Part shown: positions 33,564 through 45,853 of the stretch, piece by piece
How positions within the stretch are numbered: the first letter of the stretch is position 1
How the letters are laid out: every line of letters begins with the position of its first letter
Assembly (NCBI GenBank): GCA_000004985.1
Contig: GG738897.1
Strand: one strand, 5' to 3'
Length of the DNA stretch: 64,000 bases
Source: Naegleria gruberi
Lineage: Eukaryota
The notes under the pieces: generated by a model
Databases searched by the model: none
What the model saw: only the letters and a program-made list of their open reading frames with translations
Told to the model about the DNA's origin: nothing
Program-made: the position numbers and the translations under genes

Positions 33564-35219
33564 ATGCCCACAAACAACCATCACAATTCCTATCACCCAT
33601 ATCAACAACAGAGAAACTCCGACTCTGATCATCAACATCATCGACAACACTCTCGGAATCATCACCATCATCATCATCATCACCATCATCAGCGAAATAA
33701 TAACTACAATCATAGAGGAAATTATGATGAATATCAAAATAATAATCCAACAATGAGAGAAAATTCAAATCATCATCATCAATATAATATTCCGTATTCA
33801 CATTCTTCTGCTACATCTCAGCAGGGTGGAAGATATTTCGAGCAATTAAATAATAATAATAATCGTCATCAACAACAATACAGAGGAGGAAATCAATCAT
33901 CATCAAATCAAGTTAGATTTTCAATACCATCCTCATCGTCATCAAGTAATTCCTCAAGAATTGAAAAGAATCGAGAACCTGAAAGTCATTCGGCTAAATG
34001 TGACATCTGTAGAGAATATAAACAAAGTGGAATGATGAAATGTATATCTTGTGATGATTGCTACAGACATGTTGATTGTGATGTCGCAAGAAATCCAAAA
34101 TCAAAGCCTAATTCAGAATCTAAATATATCAATTTCATGTGTGAAAATTGTTTTGAAGTTAAGGTCAAGATTGAGGGAGATGACTTTCGAATTTTTGCCC
34201 TCAACAAGGTTACTACAACACCAATTGAAAATGATTTGGATAAAATGGATGATAGTGAAACTTCTTCAGTAATGTGCCCACTTTGTAATCAATTAATTGC
34301 TGGACATTCTAGGGAAATATTTAATAATCATTTAAGGTTTAAATTCAAAGATGCTCTAATTGAAAAGTTTCTACTCACTGGTACTATTCCAATTCCAATT
34401 ACTTCGAGAAAAAGTGGAGTATCCATTGAACACTCATTTAAACCCAATGATTTTAACTCCCTATCAACCTGTTTCTTTGTGCTGGGATTCAAAAAGGATC
34501 AGTTAGAAGAGTACATGGTCAAGAATTGCCCTATTGAATATAATGACATTAGAAATTTCTTAGAAATTGACAGGAATTCATCTATTTGTATCATTTCATG
34601 TTGGACTGTACGAGGTGCCTTCATTTTAGCATGCAAGTTGAGATGTGCAGTGATTGAAACTGCTCATCCAATGATTTACTTTATCAAATCAACAAGATCA
34701 CTCAAAGTATTCCAAAAAATTTGCTCCATTCAAGAATTTACTGGACTTAACAAAGACATTCAATCCATTAAGAATATGGAAATTACAAGTCTTGTTTCAA
34801 GTGAGGGAAAGAATGAGACAATTGTCCACTTTAAAGATGATTTTGATTGTATTAAATGGATGTGGACTTGCCACAAATCTGCCACCACAAGACTTCCCAA
34901 GATTGAATTTCATGATGACCATTTAATTGACACAACGACTATATGTCATATTAAAAATTTACCAACCAAAGACATTACTTTGAGTGAGCTGTGGAAAGAT
35001 ATCAAGAGGAGCTTCAAGCAGAGACTGACTTTCCTCTCCAATCGAGAACAATCAAAGATCAAGTATTATGTCTCTGATTGGTTCTATGATGTTGGTAATC
35101 ATATTATTAGAGTTGAATTTCATCATTCCAAGTTTTGTGAATTATTTAAATTATTGCTTGATGGTTTGGAATTACTTGATGTAAAATTATCAATCACAAT
35201 TCCAAGTTCTACTAGTTAA
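33564..35219 (+). CDS. PHD-finger protein with His/Asn/Gln-rich N-terminus
   Basis: CDICREYKQSGMMKCISCDDCYRHVDCDV…(25)…FMCENC fits C-x2-C-x10-C-x2-C-x5-H-x2-C-x25-C-x2-C (C4HC3). N-terminal run HHHHHHHHHHQ. Confidence 0.5.
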   Translation: MPTNNHHNSYHPYQQQRNSDSDHQHHRQHSRNHHHHHHHHHHQRNNNYNHRGNYDEYQNNNPTMRENSNHHHQYNIPYSHSSATSQQGGRYFEQLNNNNNRHQQQYRGGNQSSSNQVRFSIPSSSSSSNSSRIEKNREPESHSAKCDICREYKQSGMMKCISCDDCYRHVDCDVARNPKSKPNSESKYINFMCENCFEVKVKIEGDDFRIFALNKVTTTPIENDLDKMDDSETSSVMCPLCNQLIAGHSREIFNNHLRFKFKDALIEKFLLTGTIPIPITSRKSGVSIEHSFKPNDFNSLSTCFFVLGFKKDQLEEYMVKNCPIEYNDIRNFLEIDRNSSICIISCWTVRGAFILACKLRCAVIETAHPMIYFIKSTRSLKVFQKICSIQEFTGLNKDIQSIKNMEITSLVSSEGKNETIVHFKDDFDCIKWMWTCHKSATTRLPKIEFHDDHLIDTTTICHIKNLPTKDITLSELWKDIKRSFKQRLTFLSNREQSKIKYYVSDWFYDVGNHIIRVEFHHSKFCELFKLLLDGLELLDVKLSITIPSSTS

Positions 35220-35351
35220 TAAATTATTTTCACCTCCTTATTGATAAGAAATTGAGAAATAACATTGTTTTAATTGTTTTTTTAAATTAATTTTATTTAC
35301 AAAATTTCAAGTAAAGTGGACTTAATCACTTCACTGTCTCTCGATCTAAAT

Positions 35352-36749
<1,398 letters not shown>

Positions 36750-37053
36750 TTATTCGGGTTTTGGTGATTTTATTTATTTAATTTTGTAGTTTTGTATTTT
36801 GGCGGCAAAACGAATATACAACTCGATTACAACTACTGTTAAATTTTAAAAAGGAGGGAATATTTTGGCGCCAGTGTATTTTGAATCGAAAATTGTTGAA
36901 GGATGATGAGACTGAAATAAATACAAGAATTGGTGCGAATAATTACAAAGAAAGATTATAAATCATTGAAAGAAGAATGCCTTAATATAACGAGCAACCT
37001 AGTCCATTTTGAAGATCATTTCTCAGATTGGATATTTTAAAGAGAAAATCATT

Positions 37054-39111
37054 TTATTCAAAAGCTTCTCCTATTGAAGAAACTCTTCTTGCTCTCTCTG
37101 TGAAATCGTTCAATGTATCAATTTGACGATTGGTTTGTTCGGAAGTTAATTGTATATTGGTGAGTCTTCTTCTTGATGTAATTGTCTTTGTTAGACCATT
37201 GTAGAATGCCTGACCACGAGAGGACAGAACCTTGTTACGTAAAGCTCGTGGCACCTTTCCTCCAAAATCATTGTAAAATATGGAGGTGTATTTAACAAAG
37301 TTGGCATCAATTTCTTCTAACAAAATTCCTCCTAAAATTTGCCCCTTTACATTGCCCTTCTCAAGTGGAGCATCCTTATTGTCAATGCTCTTCTTGATAA
37401 TGACATAATCTCTACTCTCTGTGCCATCCTCATTAATTTCTCTTCTCACAGTTGTTCCTATACAGTATTCTCTCTTTGAGAGAGGCCACATTAGTTTGTG
37501 TACCTCTTTCTGATAGCTCACTGAGTATTCGTCATTCTTGATATATTCAATAAATTTACAATCTTTCAAATTTGGATCAATGATTTGTGAGTATCTGGTG
37601 TCTAAAAGTGCATCCAACAATTCATCAGTTGTTCCATTCACAATACCAACCTCCTTAATGAGCTTCTTACCATTTGGTTTGTTCTTTTTCTTTTTAGATG
37701 ATGACGTTTGAACTTTTTGAGCGTTGATTTGAGTAGCATTGAACTTGTACTGAGATGAGCTCAAATTTGATACCTTCTTGGATCCCAATTCAGAGTTGAA
37801 AAAGTTAGGATGACTCTCTGCCATTCTCAAATTCTCAAATGATTCATCTGGTTGCTCTATTTGAGAGCCTGTACTAAATCTCTGCTCACTTTCAAATGAT
37901 GAATACTCTTCATTTTGAGAGAGCACTTTCCAAGCATCACTTTTTAACCATAACAATTCATGGAATACATCGAAAAATCTCTCATCAATATTCTTATTAT
38001 CCCTCTCTCTGAGTAATTCTTCGAATCTGTCCTTGATTAGAACTGGTTCATTATCGGTAGAGTGAGAGATGATATCAGAAATGACCTCAGCATGGTTGGT
38101 AGGACACGAATGGCTATGAGTGAATTGAGGAGCAGAGAGTGAGAAGGAAGAGGTCATGCTTAGTGATTGAATTCTAGAACGTCTATTATTTCTAGTACCG
38201 ACGGAGGAAAATAGTGAGACGAGGCACTTTTTCACCGATTCTACATTGGTGGAGCCGACAATATTTGGCAACTCCTTCTTGACATGATTCACTGAATAGG
38301 AAATAAATTGATTACTGGTAATAAATCTTGAAAAGCTATCAGTCTTGAGTGAAATGGTCACCTCAGTCATAGCCTGATCAAACAAGTTAGTTGGGGTATT
38401 GGAAGGAGTGCATTCATCCTCAAATTGATTCACAATTTGGTCTTTGAGAGCGTTAGGTAAATTGAGTTGTTTATCACTAGTGAGTGAGTCATCGACAAAG
38501 GTTTCTACAATATATTTGGCTTGTTGATATCTTTCATTTGAATTGGAAATTTCTCTATAGGTTGGAATGAGTTGAAGAAATTCCAGTGGTGCGCTATTCC
38601 TCTCATACTGAAGAAATTCCCTAAATGCTTCCAAAAAGTCTCCTCCAACATTCATAAATGCATCAAAAACTATTGTAAAATGTTTCATATTTTCCAAAAC
38701 GAGAGATTTAAGAGCAGTCTCATCGATTGAGGCTTGTTTTGTTCCAATAAGTCTGGCTCCTAAATTAATAGGACTATTTGGACCACTTCCATTAGGAAAG
38801 AAGGATCCAGGAGAGTTTGGCATTGATCGTGAGGATGGTATATTACTATTTCCAACAGACAATAAGTTATTACTATTGTTAGAAGAATGATCTGGCACAA
38901 TTCCTAAAGCACTCCACGGAGACATTGGTGATGTTGAAAGCAAACTAGAAGTTGGTGAGCAGGGAGAAACCATACTATTTCCTGAAGGATTATGAGTTGA
39001 CCTCTTGAGAGAAGATGAGGTTGACGAAGTTGGAGAAGTTGCTCTATTATTCATGTTATTATTGCTGTTAGACGAAGATGACGATTTCTGATTTACAAGT
39101 AACATTTTCAA
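37054..39111 (-). CDS. RGS domain plus C-terminal START (StAR-related lipid-transfer) domain protein, paralog A
   Basis: RGS block: FDAFMNVGGDFLEAFREFLQYERNSAPLEFLQLIPTYREI…AKYIVETFV…NLFDQAMTEVTISLKTDSFSRFITSNQF. START block: LIKEVGIVNGTTDELLDALLDTRYSQIIDPNLKDCKFIEYI…LMWPLSKREYCIGTTVRR…VIIKKSIDNKDAPLEKGNVKGQILGGILLEE…FGGKVPRALRNKVLS. Ser/Asn-rich linker. Confidence 0.6.
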   Translation of the reverse strand: MKMLLVNQKSSSSSNSNNNMNNRATSPTSSTSSSLKRSTHNPSGNSMVSPCSPTSSLLSTSPMSPWSALGIVPDHSSNNSNNLLSVGNSNIPSSRSMPNSPGSFFPNGSGPNSPINLGARLIGTKQASIDETALKSLVLENMKHFTIVFDAFMNVGGDFLEAFREFLQYERNSAPLEFLQLIPTYREISNSNERYQQAKYIVETFVDDSLTSDKQLNLPNALKDQIVNQFEDECTPSNTPTNLFDQAMTEVTISLKTDSFSRFITSNQFISYSVNHVKKELPNIVGSTNVESVKKCLVSLFSSVGTRNNRRSRIQSLSMTSSFSLSAPQFTHSHSCPTNHAEVISDIISHSTDNEPVLIKDRFEELLRERDNKNIDERFFDVFHELLWLKSDAWKVLSQNEEYSSFESEQRFSTGSQIEQPDESFENLRMAESHPNFFNSELGSKKVSNLSSSQYKFNATQINAQKVQTSSSKKKKNKPNGKKLIKEVGIVNGTTDELLDALLDTRYSQIIDPNLKDCKFIEYIKNDEYSVSYQKEVHKLMWPLSKREYCIGTTVRREINEDGTESRDYVIIKKSIDNKDAPLEKGNVKGQILGGILLEEIDANFVKYTSIFYNDFGGKVPRALRNKVLSSRGQAFYNGLTKTITSRRRLTNIQLTSEQTNRQIDTLNDFTERARRVSSIGEAFE

Positions 39112-39942
39112 AGTTGTAGTCTATATTGATTAATAGCAAGTGTTCTATGAAATGTTCTGATTCGTGGGTCTGTTCAGGGACACTCTCTCGATATCTATTG
39201 AAAGGTTTTTTTTACAGTAAACAATTCCTTTGGCGCCTTTCAATTGTAGCTAATCACCTCACGTTGTTGTTTGGAAGTGATTGTGTGATGCCGAGAAAGA
39301 AAAAACAAGCCTTGACAAAAAGAGCTTTGTAAATATTTACGGGAAAATTGTTGTATGTTGATGTCAATTAATAAATCAACTAATACGTGTGGTGTGTTGT
39401 TGAAAAAATATTGCTTCTTATTGTATGTGGTGCTGATGAAATATTTGGAACAACTAGCAACACGGGCAATTTCGAATAATAGATCTGAAAGAAAGAAGAA
39501 GGTGTTGTTGAAATGATGAGGTTTTTTTGCAAAGTGCATGCAAAGATTTGTTGCTGCTTGTTGAAAAAAGGATCGTATTAAACCTTTTCAGTTTTCATCA
39601 ATGTTCAAAATAAGATTGGAAAGCAAAAACCGAAATAGTGGGAAACTTTCTCTTTTCGGCTAGTAAAGAACAAATTGAAATGCAAGTCATGGTTAATTGA
39701 GTAGCCAATAATTTACTTGTAATCAAGAAATACAACAACTTTGAAAGAGATTCGAAACAGATGTGATCGTATTGCCTCTTGGAAAGGACTGTTCGTTGAG
39801 GTTACAAGAATGGTTTTACTGGGTCTGTAAGTAGAATAAGTTTATTGTCGTATTTGAGAGAGACAGAAAAAATGATGTTGGTTGACTAATGATATTCCTT
39901 ATTAGCTCAATAAGAGATTCTCATTTCCAGATTGAATCATTT

Positions 39943-41493
39943 TCAATTGGTCATTTCATTAATTTTACCAGTGAATAAAATAGTATTGGTTGGCAAGTGT
40001 TGCAAAATAAATACAAATGGTCGATCAGCAATGAATTGATAGGAAGGAGTAAATTTTTTCATGGCTCTTCCACCACCTCTACCGCCCATTGCAGTAGCTG
40101 CAGCTGCAACTGTTCCAGATTCATCAACTTGAATGAAGGCCTTATGAATAACATTGCTAATGTGTACTTGATCGTTAGAATTGGCCAACATGCTTGAAAA
40201 ATCAGCTTGTGAAGAGAAAATATTCTTGATATTGAATGGATCTTCTCTAAATGATTGCACTAAATTTGGGAGTGTGGCTTGAAATTTGAATTTTGGAATT
40301 TCAATTCTGTCAACCTTTACAAAGGTATTTGGTTGGAGTTGAGTAACATCTTGGAGTTTTTCAATGATCCATTGATTGAAATCATTCTCAGTTTCTTCGT
40401 TGAGTGTGACATTTTCATTTGGTTTAATAAATGTCATGCAGTAATCTTCATCAGAGTAAGGCAATTGCAACAATTGATATTCATCCAAATTGGCATAACA
40501 AAATTTCTTATCAGAAGACATGTGCATCATATCACACTTGTCTCCACCACTTGGATTGGAAATAGTTCTGAAACTCTTCTTGAAGGTGGACCTATTTTTG
40601 AATTGATATTTCCACTTGCCATTGAAATAAATGGCATTCACAAGAACCATAATGGTTTGCCTATTTATATCTGTATCTGAAAGTAAATCTCTAATGTACT
40701 TTCTAGTTTTGTCTTCAACCCACTTGTTGATTAATCTGACTTGAGCAGAGGGCTTATTCATAAAGTCAACTCTCTCTGCTTGGGAATCGAACTTGCTTTC
40801 CAATTCTTGTAAGAATGGCTCTTTAATTTGAACAGTCTCTTGAAGATAAATTCTATTGGCAATGGAGAGTGTATCATTGGTTTGAATCAAGATCTTTATC
40901 ATGTTGGTATACTTTTCAAGTTCAGTTTTCTTCCAATTTTCAAACTTTTCCTTCAAAGTATTGAAATTTCCAACGCTATCATAACTCTTGCTCAAGAATA
41001 ATCCATCAATAATCTCAGTAAGAGATTCATTATTTGTACCCACCATACAATTCAAAAAGCAAATAAAAATTGAGAAGGGAGACATGACAACATTCTCCTT
41101 CAACCCAACTTTTATGCTAAACAAGGCAGATGAAAATTCATTCTCTGCCAATGACATGTTTGTTTGAGAAGTTGACACTCTTCTCTTTCCCCATGACGGT
41201 CTTGTTTGTTTTTGATCATCATTCTCATCAATCATGGCATTATCATCAATTTTACGATTTTTGCCATCATTGAATGAGAGACGATCAGTGTATTGATGAG
41301 TGGCCACTCTTCCACCTCTTGGAGATCCTCCTCTTCTATTGTGATTTCCACCACGATGGCTGGTTGTTGTGGATCGTTCAGAAGGAGGAGTAGATTGACC
41401 AATACCAATAGAAATGGAAGTTGTTGCTTCGGTGGTTGTCTTTTCTAATTGGCCGGTGAGTGGATTATTAGTAAATTTGGTGTGCTTTGGCAT
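39943..41493 (-). CDS. Serpin (serine protease inhibitor), inhibitory-type hinge
   Basis: NAIYFNGKWKYQF, hinge ESGTVAAAATAMGG, signature FIADRPFVFILQH; glycine/arginine-rich reactive loop MGGRGGGRAMKKF. The ORF track starts at 41553, but the A-rich leader suggests the ATG at 41493 (MPKHTKF…). Confidence 0.8.
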   Translation of the reverse strand: MPKHTKFTNNPLTGQLEKTTTEATTSISIGIGQSTPPSERSTTTSHRGGNHNRRGGSPRGGRVATHQYTDRLSFNDGKNRKIDDNAMIDENDDQKQTRPSWGKRRVSTSQTNMSLAENEFSSALFSIKVGLKENVVMSPFSIFICFLNCMVGTNNESLTEIIDGLFLSKSYDSVGNFNTLKEKFENWKKTELEKYTNMIKILIQTNDTLSIANRIYLQETVQIKEPFLQELESKFDSQAERVDFMNKPSAQVRLINKWVEDKTRKYIRDLLSDTDINRQTIMVLVNAIYFNGKWKYQFKNRSTFKKSFRTISNPSGGDKCDMMHMSSDKKFCYANLDEYQLLQLPYSDEDYCMTFIKPNENVTLNEETENDFNQWIIEKLQDVTQLQPNTFVKVDRIEIPKFKFQATLPNLVQSFREDPFNIKNIFSSQADFSSMLANSNDQVHISNVIHKAFIQVDESGTVAAAATAMGGRGGGRAMKKFTPSYQFIADRPFVFILQHLPTNTILFTGKINEMTN

Positions 41494-41649
41494 TGTGTGT
41501 TGTGTTTGAATAAATAATATTTTTTTTTGATTGTTTTTACAATCATTGATCAAGCTATTAATAATTGTTGTTGGAACATGTAGTGAAAATTATTGAACAT
41601 CCTTAAACGGTGTTACACAATAGGTGATTTGATTGTTAAAATAGCATGC

Positions 41650-41943
41650 TTAACAAGCTCCATGATATGAAGTTCCCTCTACTGATTTTGTTGTTGGTTT
41701 AAAAATCGTCTCACCCAAACCAATCTTGTTCGATTTCTTTTCAACCTTCTCGGCATTTGGTTTTCTTTCCTCTCCAACAACAATAGCAGGAAGCTTTTCT
41801 TTGGCTACTGTCTTGGTTCTCTTCTCCACTGTTTTGCTATCTACTTCCACAACCTCGGATGTTGTTTTTTTGGTTGTTTTCGAGACTCTTTGCGATTGGT
41901 TTTTTACCATTTTTTTTTGATCTTGAATGAAAGAGTTATCCAA
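41650..41943 (-). CDS. Small Lys-rich protein (97 aa), hypothetical
   Basis: ORF only; very basic (K/T/V-rich) with no recognisable domain; may be non-coding. Confidence 0.2.
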   Translation of the reverse strand: MDNSFIQDQKKMVKNQSQRVSKTTKKTTSEVVEVDSKTVEKRTKTVAKEKLPAIVVGEERKPNAEKVEKKSNKIGLGETIFKPTTKSVEGTSYHGAC

Positions 41944-42718
41944 TTTAAAGAAGAAATTGTAAACAAGTTAAGAATTGTTCCGTTACCTCCAACAAACTGA
42001 TGATGAAATTGCTTGATGATGTAATGGAACTTACATTTCACTAATCATTCAATGATTTTCAATATAATATTGTTGTTAGAAAACACCATTTCTCAAAGAA
42101 CCAATCGTATGCTAACTCTCACAACAGAATCCATCCAATACTAGTGACAGCAACAAATCGGTACTTCGAGCGTGATGAATCATCAACACCACATATTGAA
42201 ATGGTAGTTGTCAACCTCGTTTAGTTTTTGACAATGTGGATTAATTGGAAAAACAATAACAAAAATCGTAACTGTTCTTTTACTGTTTGGTTATTTTTGC
42301 ATCTGTGAGTCTTTTTCGACAAGTAAAAAAACGCAACACAACTCTTCTCTTGTGAACAAAGTTTTCGTTTCTTCTTCTTTCTAACACTTTCTGTTAGAAA
42401 CAAAACGATTCCTTTGCTTCTTCATCATTGAACAACTTTACACAAAGGGAAGATAATAATAGGGAAACCTTTTGCCATATTTCATCAACCTCTCAAAAAT
42501 TCTGAGCCTTTCACAAGTTGTTTCTCATACTGTTAGAAACCCCAAAAAAAAACACAACCAAACACTTCAACAACAAGTGCAGTAACAAGACACAGCACTA
42601 TATCGACAGTCATTAAGTTTCACATAGGTATTAAATAACAACAACAACAAGAAGGTCAACAACAGTTGTGAAAAACAATTTACGAAACATTATACGAAAC
42701 TAGACTGAAGAAACGGAA

Positions 42719-44563
42719 ATGCGACTTCCTTCTTCACACAACAATAATTATCAAGAAAATCTTTCACATGCCATCCAAGAAACTTTTAAAAAGTATAATG
42801 TACATTTAGAAATGTGTCTTGGCGATGGTTTCATCATGAATGGTTTTTTGGATTTTCTCAAGAATGAACTAAATGCCAGTTCTTTGGAATTTCTTGTTAA
42901 AATTGATGAATATTCGAATAGTCATAATTCGTCTACTTTCTATTCGAATGGCAGTAGTGTCAATAATGTAAATTCACCAGCAGGATTGCTTCCTTCAATT
43001 CAGACATCTACAACAACAATATCAACAATTAGTATTGGTTCTCCGTTGTCTCCATCAGTTTCGTCCACTAGTTTCACCTCACCAGGAAGAAAGGTTCAAA
43101 GAAAGGATTCTCTGAAGGATTTAACAGAACATAATTCAATTTTTTCACAACCCTTCAACAATAACAAGATAAGTAGAAAGGCCAAAGCTAAGGAAATTAT
43201 CGACAAATTTCTCAACGATCATTCAGCACATCAAGTCAACTTGTCCAGTCAAATAAGAGATGCTGTATTGAGAAATTATGAAAAGGAATGTTCTAGAGGA
43301 GGTGGTGAAAATGATATTAATCCACATTTATTTGATGAAGCCAGAACAGAAGTTAGTTTACAATTGAAATGCGACAGTTTCGTCAGATTTTTGAAGAGTC
43401 ATTCTTTTTTCAATTTGATTGTGAGTAAGGTAGAGAAGGAAGTTACCTCAAAGAATTTGGATGCCATTTACAAGTTTTTGAATATCTACTTTTCCAAGAT
43501 TGGAGAGACAAAGAAAAATCAAGTTTCTCAATTTATTACAAATAAGTCGAATAGAGCTCTTTCTCCTGCTTCACCTGCTTCTGGTTCTGGTTCAGGTTCT
43601 GGATCTCCATTGGGATTGGTTTCACCATTGGCTGATCTTTCAAGTGATGATGGTTCCATTGACTCGGTTGAATCAATTACTCATGTCAATCATGTTCAAA
43701 CAATGCTTTCCCTTCATACCCTTTCTCCAAATGGAATAGAAACAAAAATATTGGATAATGTTATGGATATTAGAGAAAAATTCACCAAATCTATTGCTGA
43801 ATTGGTAGATGATATTGTTACTGAGCAACAATTTGATTTACTTATCGAATTGGTCAATAACGAAAGTTTGTGGTTGAAAGTTCACGAAGATTCTGAATCC
43901 TCATGCTTTGTTTCAGAAAACAAATTCTATCACAACAGTAGAGGATTGAAAATTTATAAGGAAGTGGGAATTATTGAATCATCTCCTGAGGAAGTACTCT
44001 TTGCATTGACAGATATGAGAATCTTGAATATCATTGACGATACCATGTCCAATGTGAAATTTGAAAGATTTGTCAAAGGACCTACCTATGCAGTCAGCTA
44101 TTTGAGCAGTAAAATGAAAATGGCTTGGCCAATGAGTGATAGACAATTCCTGATTGGAACTTCCATTAGAGACGAAACATTTGATTCCTACAATGGATAT
44201 ACCATCTTGAGAAGAAGTCACGATTGCAAAGAGGTTCCACTCAGTAAGGGATGCATCAAGGGTATCTTTCTAGGAGGCGTTGTTATTGAGAAATTGAGTG
44301 AAAAACACACAAGATTCACAGCTTCAGGATTTGTTGACATGGGTGGCAAATTCCCACTTTCTCTCTTTAACAAGATTCTTTCACTAAGACAATCAAAAGG
44401 TGTTGAAAATGTCAAGAAGGGAATTTCAAAGAGAAGAAACATGCCACTTACAGAACAACAAGTCAACTCTGAAAATTCATTCTACTTGTTGGATACTCTC
44501 TTCTACTCGAGAGAACACAAAACTCAACCAAACAGTAGCAGCTCTCACACTCCTTCATTTTAA
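42719..44563 (+). CDS. RGS domain plus C-terminal START domain protein, paralog B (head-to-head with paralog A across the serpin)
   Basis: RGS block: GFIMNGFLDFLKNELNASSLEFLVKIDEYS…KAKEIIDKFL…HLFDEARTEVSLQLKCDSFVRFLKSHSF. START block: LKIYKEVGIIESSPEEVLFALTDMRILNIIDDTMSNVKFERFV…MAWPMSDRQFLIGTSIRD…GIFLGGVVIEKL…FVDMGGKFPLSLFNKILS. Confidence 0.6.
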   Translation: MRLPSSHNNNYQENLSHAIQETFKKYNVHLEMCLGDGFIMNGFLDFLKNELNASSLEFLVKIDEYSNSHNSSTFYSNGSSVNNVNSPAGLLPSIQTSTTTISTISIGSPLSPSVSSTSFTSPGRKVQRKDSLKDLTEHNSIFSQPFNNNKISRKAKAKEIIDKFLNDHSAHQVNLSSQIRDAVLRNYEKECSRGGGENDINPHLFDEARTEVSLQLKCDSFVRFLKSHSFFNLIVSKVEKEVTSKNLDAIYKFLNIYFSKIGETKKNQVSQFITNKSNRALSPASPASGSGSGSGSPLGLVSPLADLSSDDGSIDSVESITHVNHVQTMLSLHTLSPNGIETKILDNVMDIREKFTKSIAELVDDIVTEQQFDLLIELVNNESLWLKVHEDSESSCFVSENKFYHNSRGLKIYKEVGIIESSPEEVLFALTDMRILNIIDDTMSNVKFERFVKGPTYAVSYLSSKMKMAWPMSDRQFLIGTSIRDETFDSYNGYTILRRSHDCKEVPLSKGCIKGIFLGGVVIEKLSEKHTRFTASGFVDMGGKFPLSLFNKILSLRQSKGVENVKKGISKRRNMPLTEQQVNSENSFYLLDTLFYSREHKTQPNSSSSHTPSF

Positions 44564-45853
44564 TTCACTAATGAATTTTACAAATAGAGAAGATGATTAT
44601 ACGAATCATCTTCATTAATATGATTTGAAAACAAATCTGAATGCTTAGTCAAGCATCTATTGAGTTTACAATTTATTTGACATTATTTACATATCGAGAA
44701 CTTTTTATTTAGAAAGTCAAGTATTATTCTAGCCAAATAAGATGACCACTATCAACTGTAGTCAAGTAAAGTGTCAATCAACACTGTGAAAACTCAACAA
44801 GGCTACTTGACACCTTTGGCCAAAAGACGAAAACAAATCCAACACGTTTCAACTGGTCACTTTTCCAATATCTTAATGCCTAATTGATGTGTTGGTTTTA
44901 AAGATGTTTGATAGAAAGCATTATTTGAGGTTGAATTTAACATTTATAATTCGTCGGATTTATTAATTCCGAGTCACCTAGTTTCGTTAATACAACCAAA
45001 TATGAACTATGGTTGCAAAGTATATTGTAAAAGTGGTTGGTAAAATATCTTGGTGGTCTGTTGGTCAGTTATTCAAATACATTGATGGTCATACGTTTTC
45101 AATGGTACCATGAAGTTTCGAATAACATTTTCAGCCTCTTCTGACCAAAAACACAACATTATCCGAAATATGTTGAAGAAAGAGAAACCACTTTACGAAT
45201 TCGAGAATTGAATAATAGTATTGGTAACAATTAAAATAGCCTGATCTTCACGAATAAACTCATTAGAAAATCACCTTCATGTCAATTTTACTTTCGTCTA
45301 CTTTCTTCTATTCAATAATTCTCAATTTACCTCTCAAAAACACCAAATATCATCAGAGATTCCTTCTCCATTCAAGTCAAAACTCAAATATTTCACAACC
45401 CAAACCTTGCCATCACATCTCTCACATTTCCCTCACCAACCTCAATACCAGTGTACACAAAACCAACGTCACTTGCCATCAACAAAAAAGCGGATCTTCA
45501 TTTGACTGTTTGAAAATGGCTTCGTTCCCGCTCAAAATAGATTGCTATCATCGCGTCGAGTCTTTTTTCGTATTTCACGTAAAATGAAAGCGTTCATCAC
45601 ATCAGATCTTTTCTTCGATGAGAAACAGTTAGCACAGCGACCTGCCCGTTCTTCAGGCGTGAATTAAAACAAAAAATCATTTTCCATACAATTTCACGTT
45701 TGTTTATCGATAATCGCATCTATTAGCTCGACGCTTATACGATATACACCCAGCGACCCACTAAACAAAAGTAATTGCACAACAACGAGCAAAACAAAAA
45801 GGAAGACTGGAAAAGAAAATCTCGAGTCTATCCATTAATAGAAGAACAACATT

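Noticed and set aside
33564-35219. His10 and polyAsn/Gln tracts (also the His8 run in the 47878..48945 gene and the N/S tracts in the 16935..20440 gene) as microsatellite features
   Set aside because: These are coding homopolymer runs typical of social-amoeba proteins (AAT/CAT/CAA codon repeats) rather than independent repeat elements; noted but not listed as repeats.
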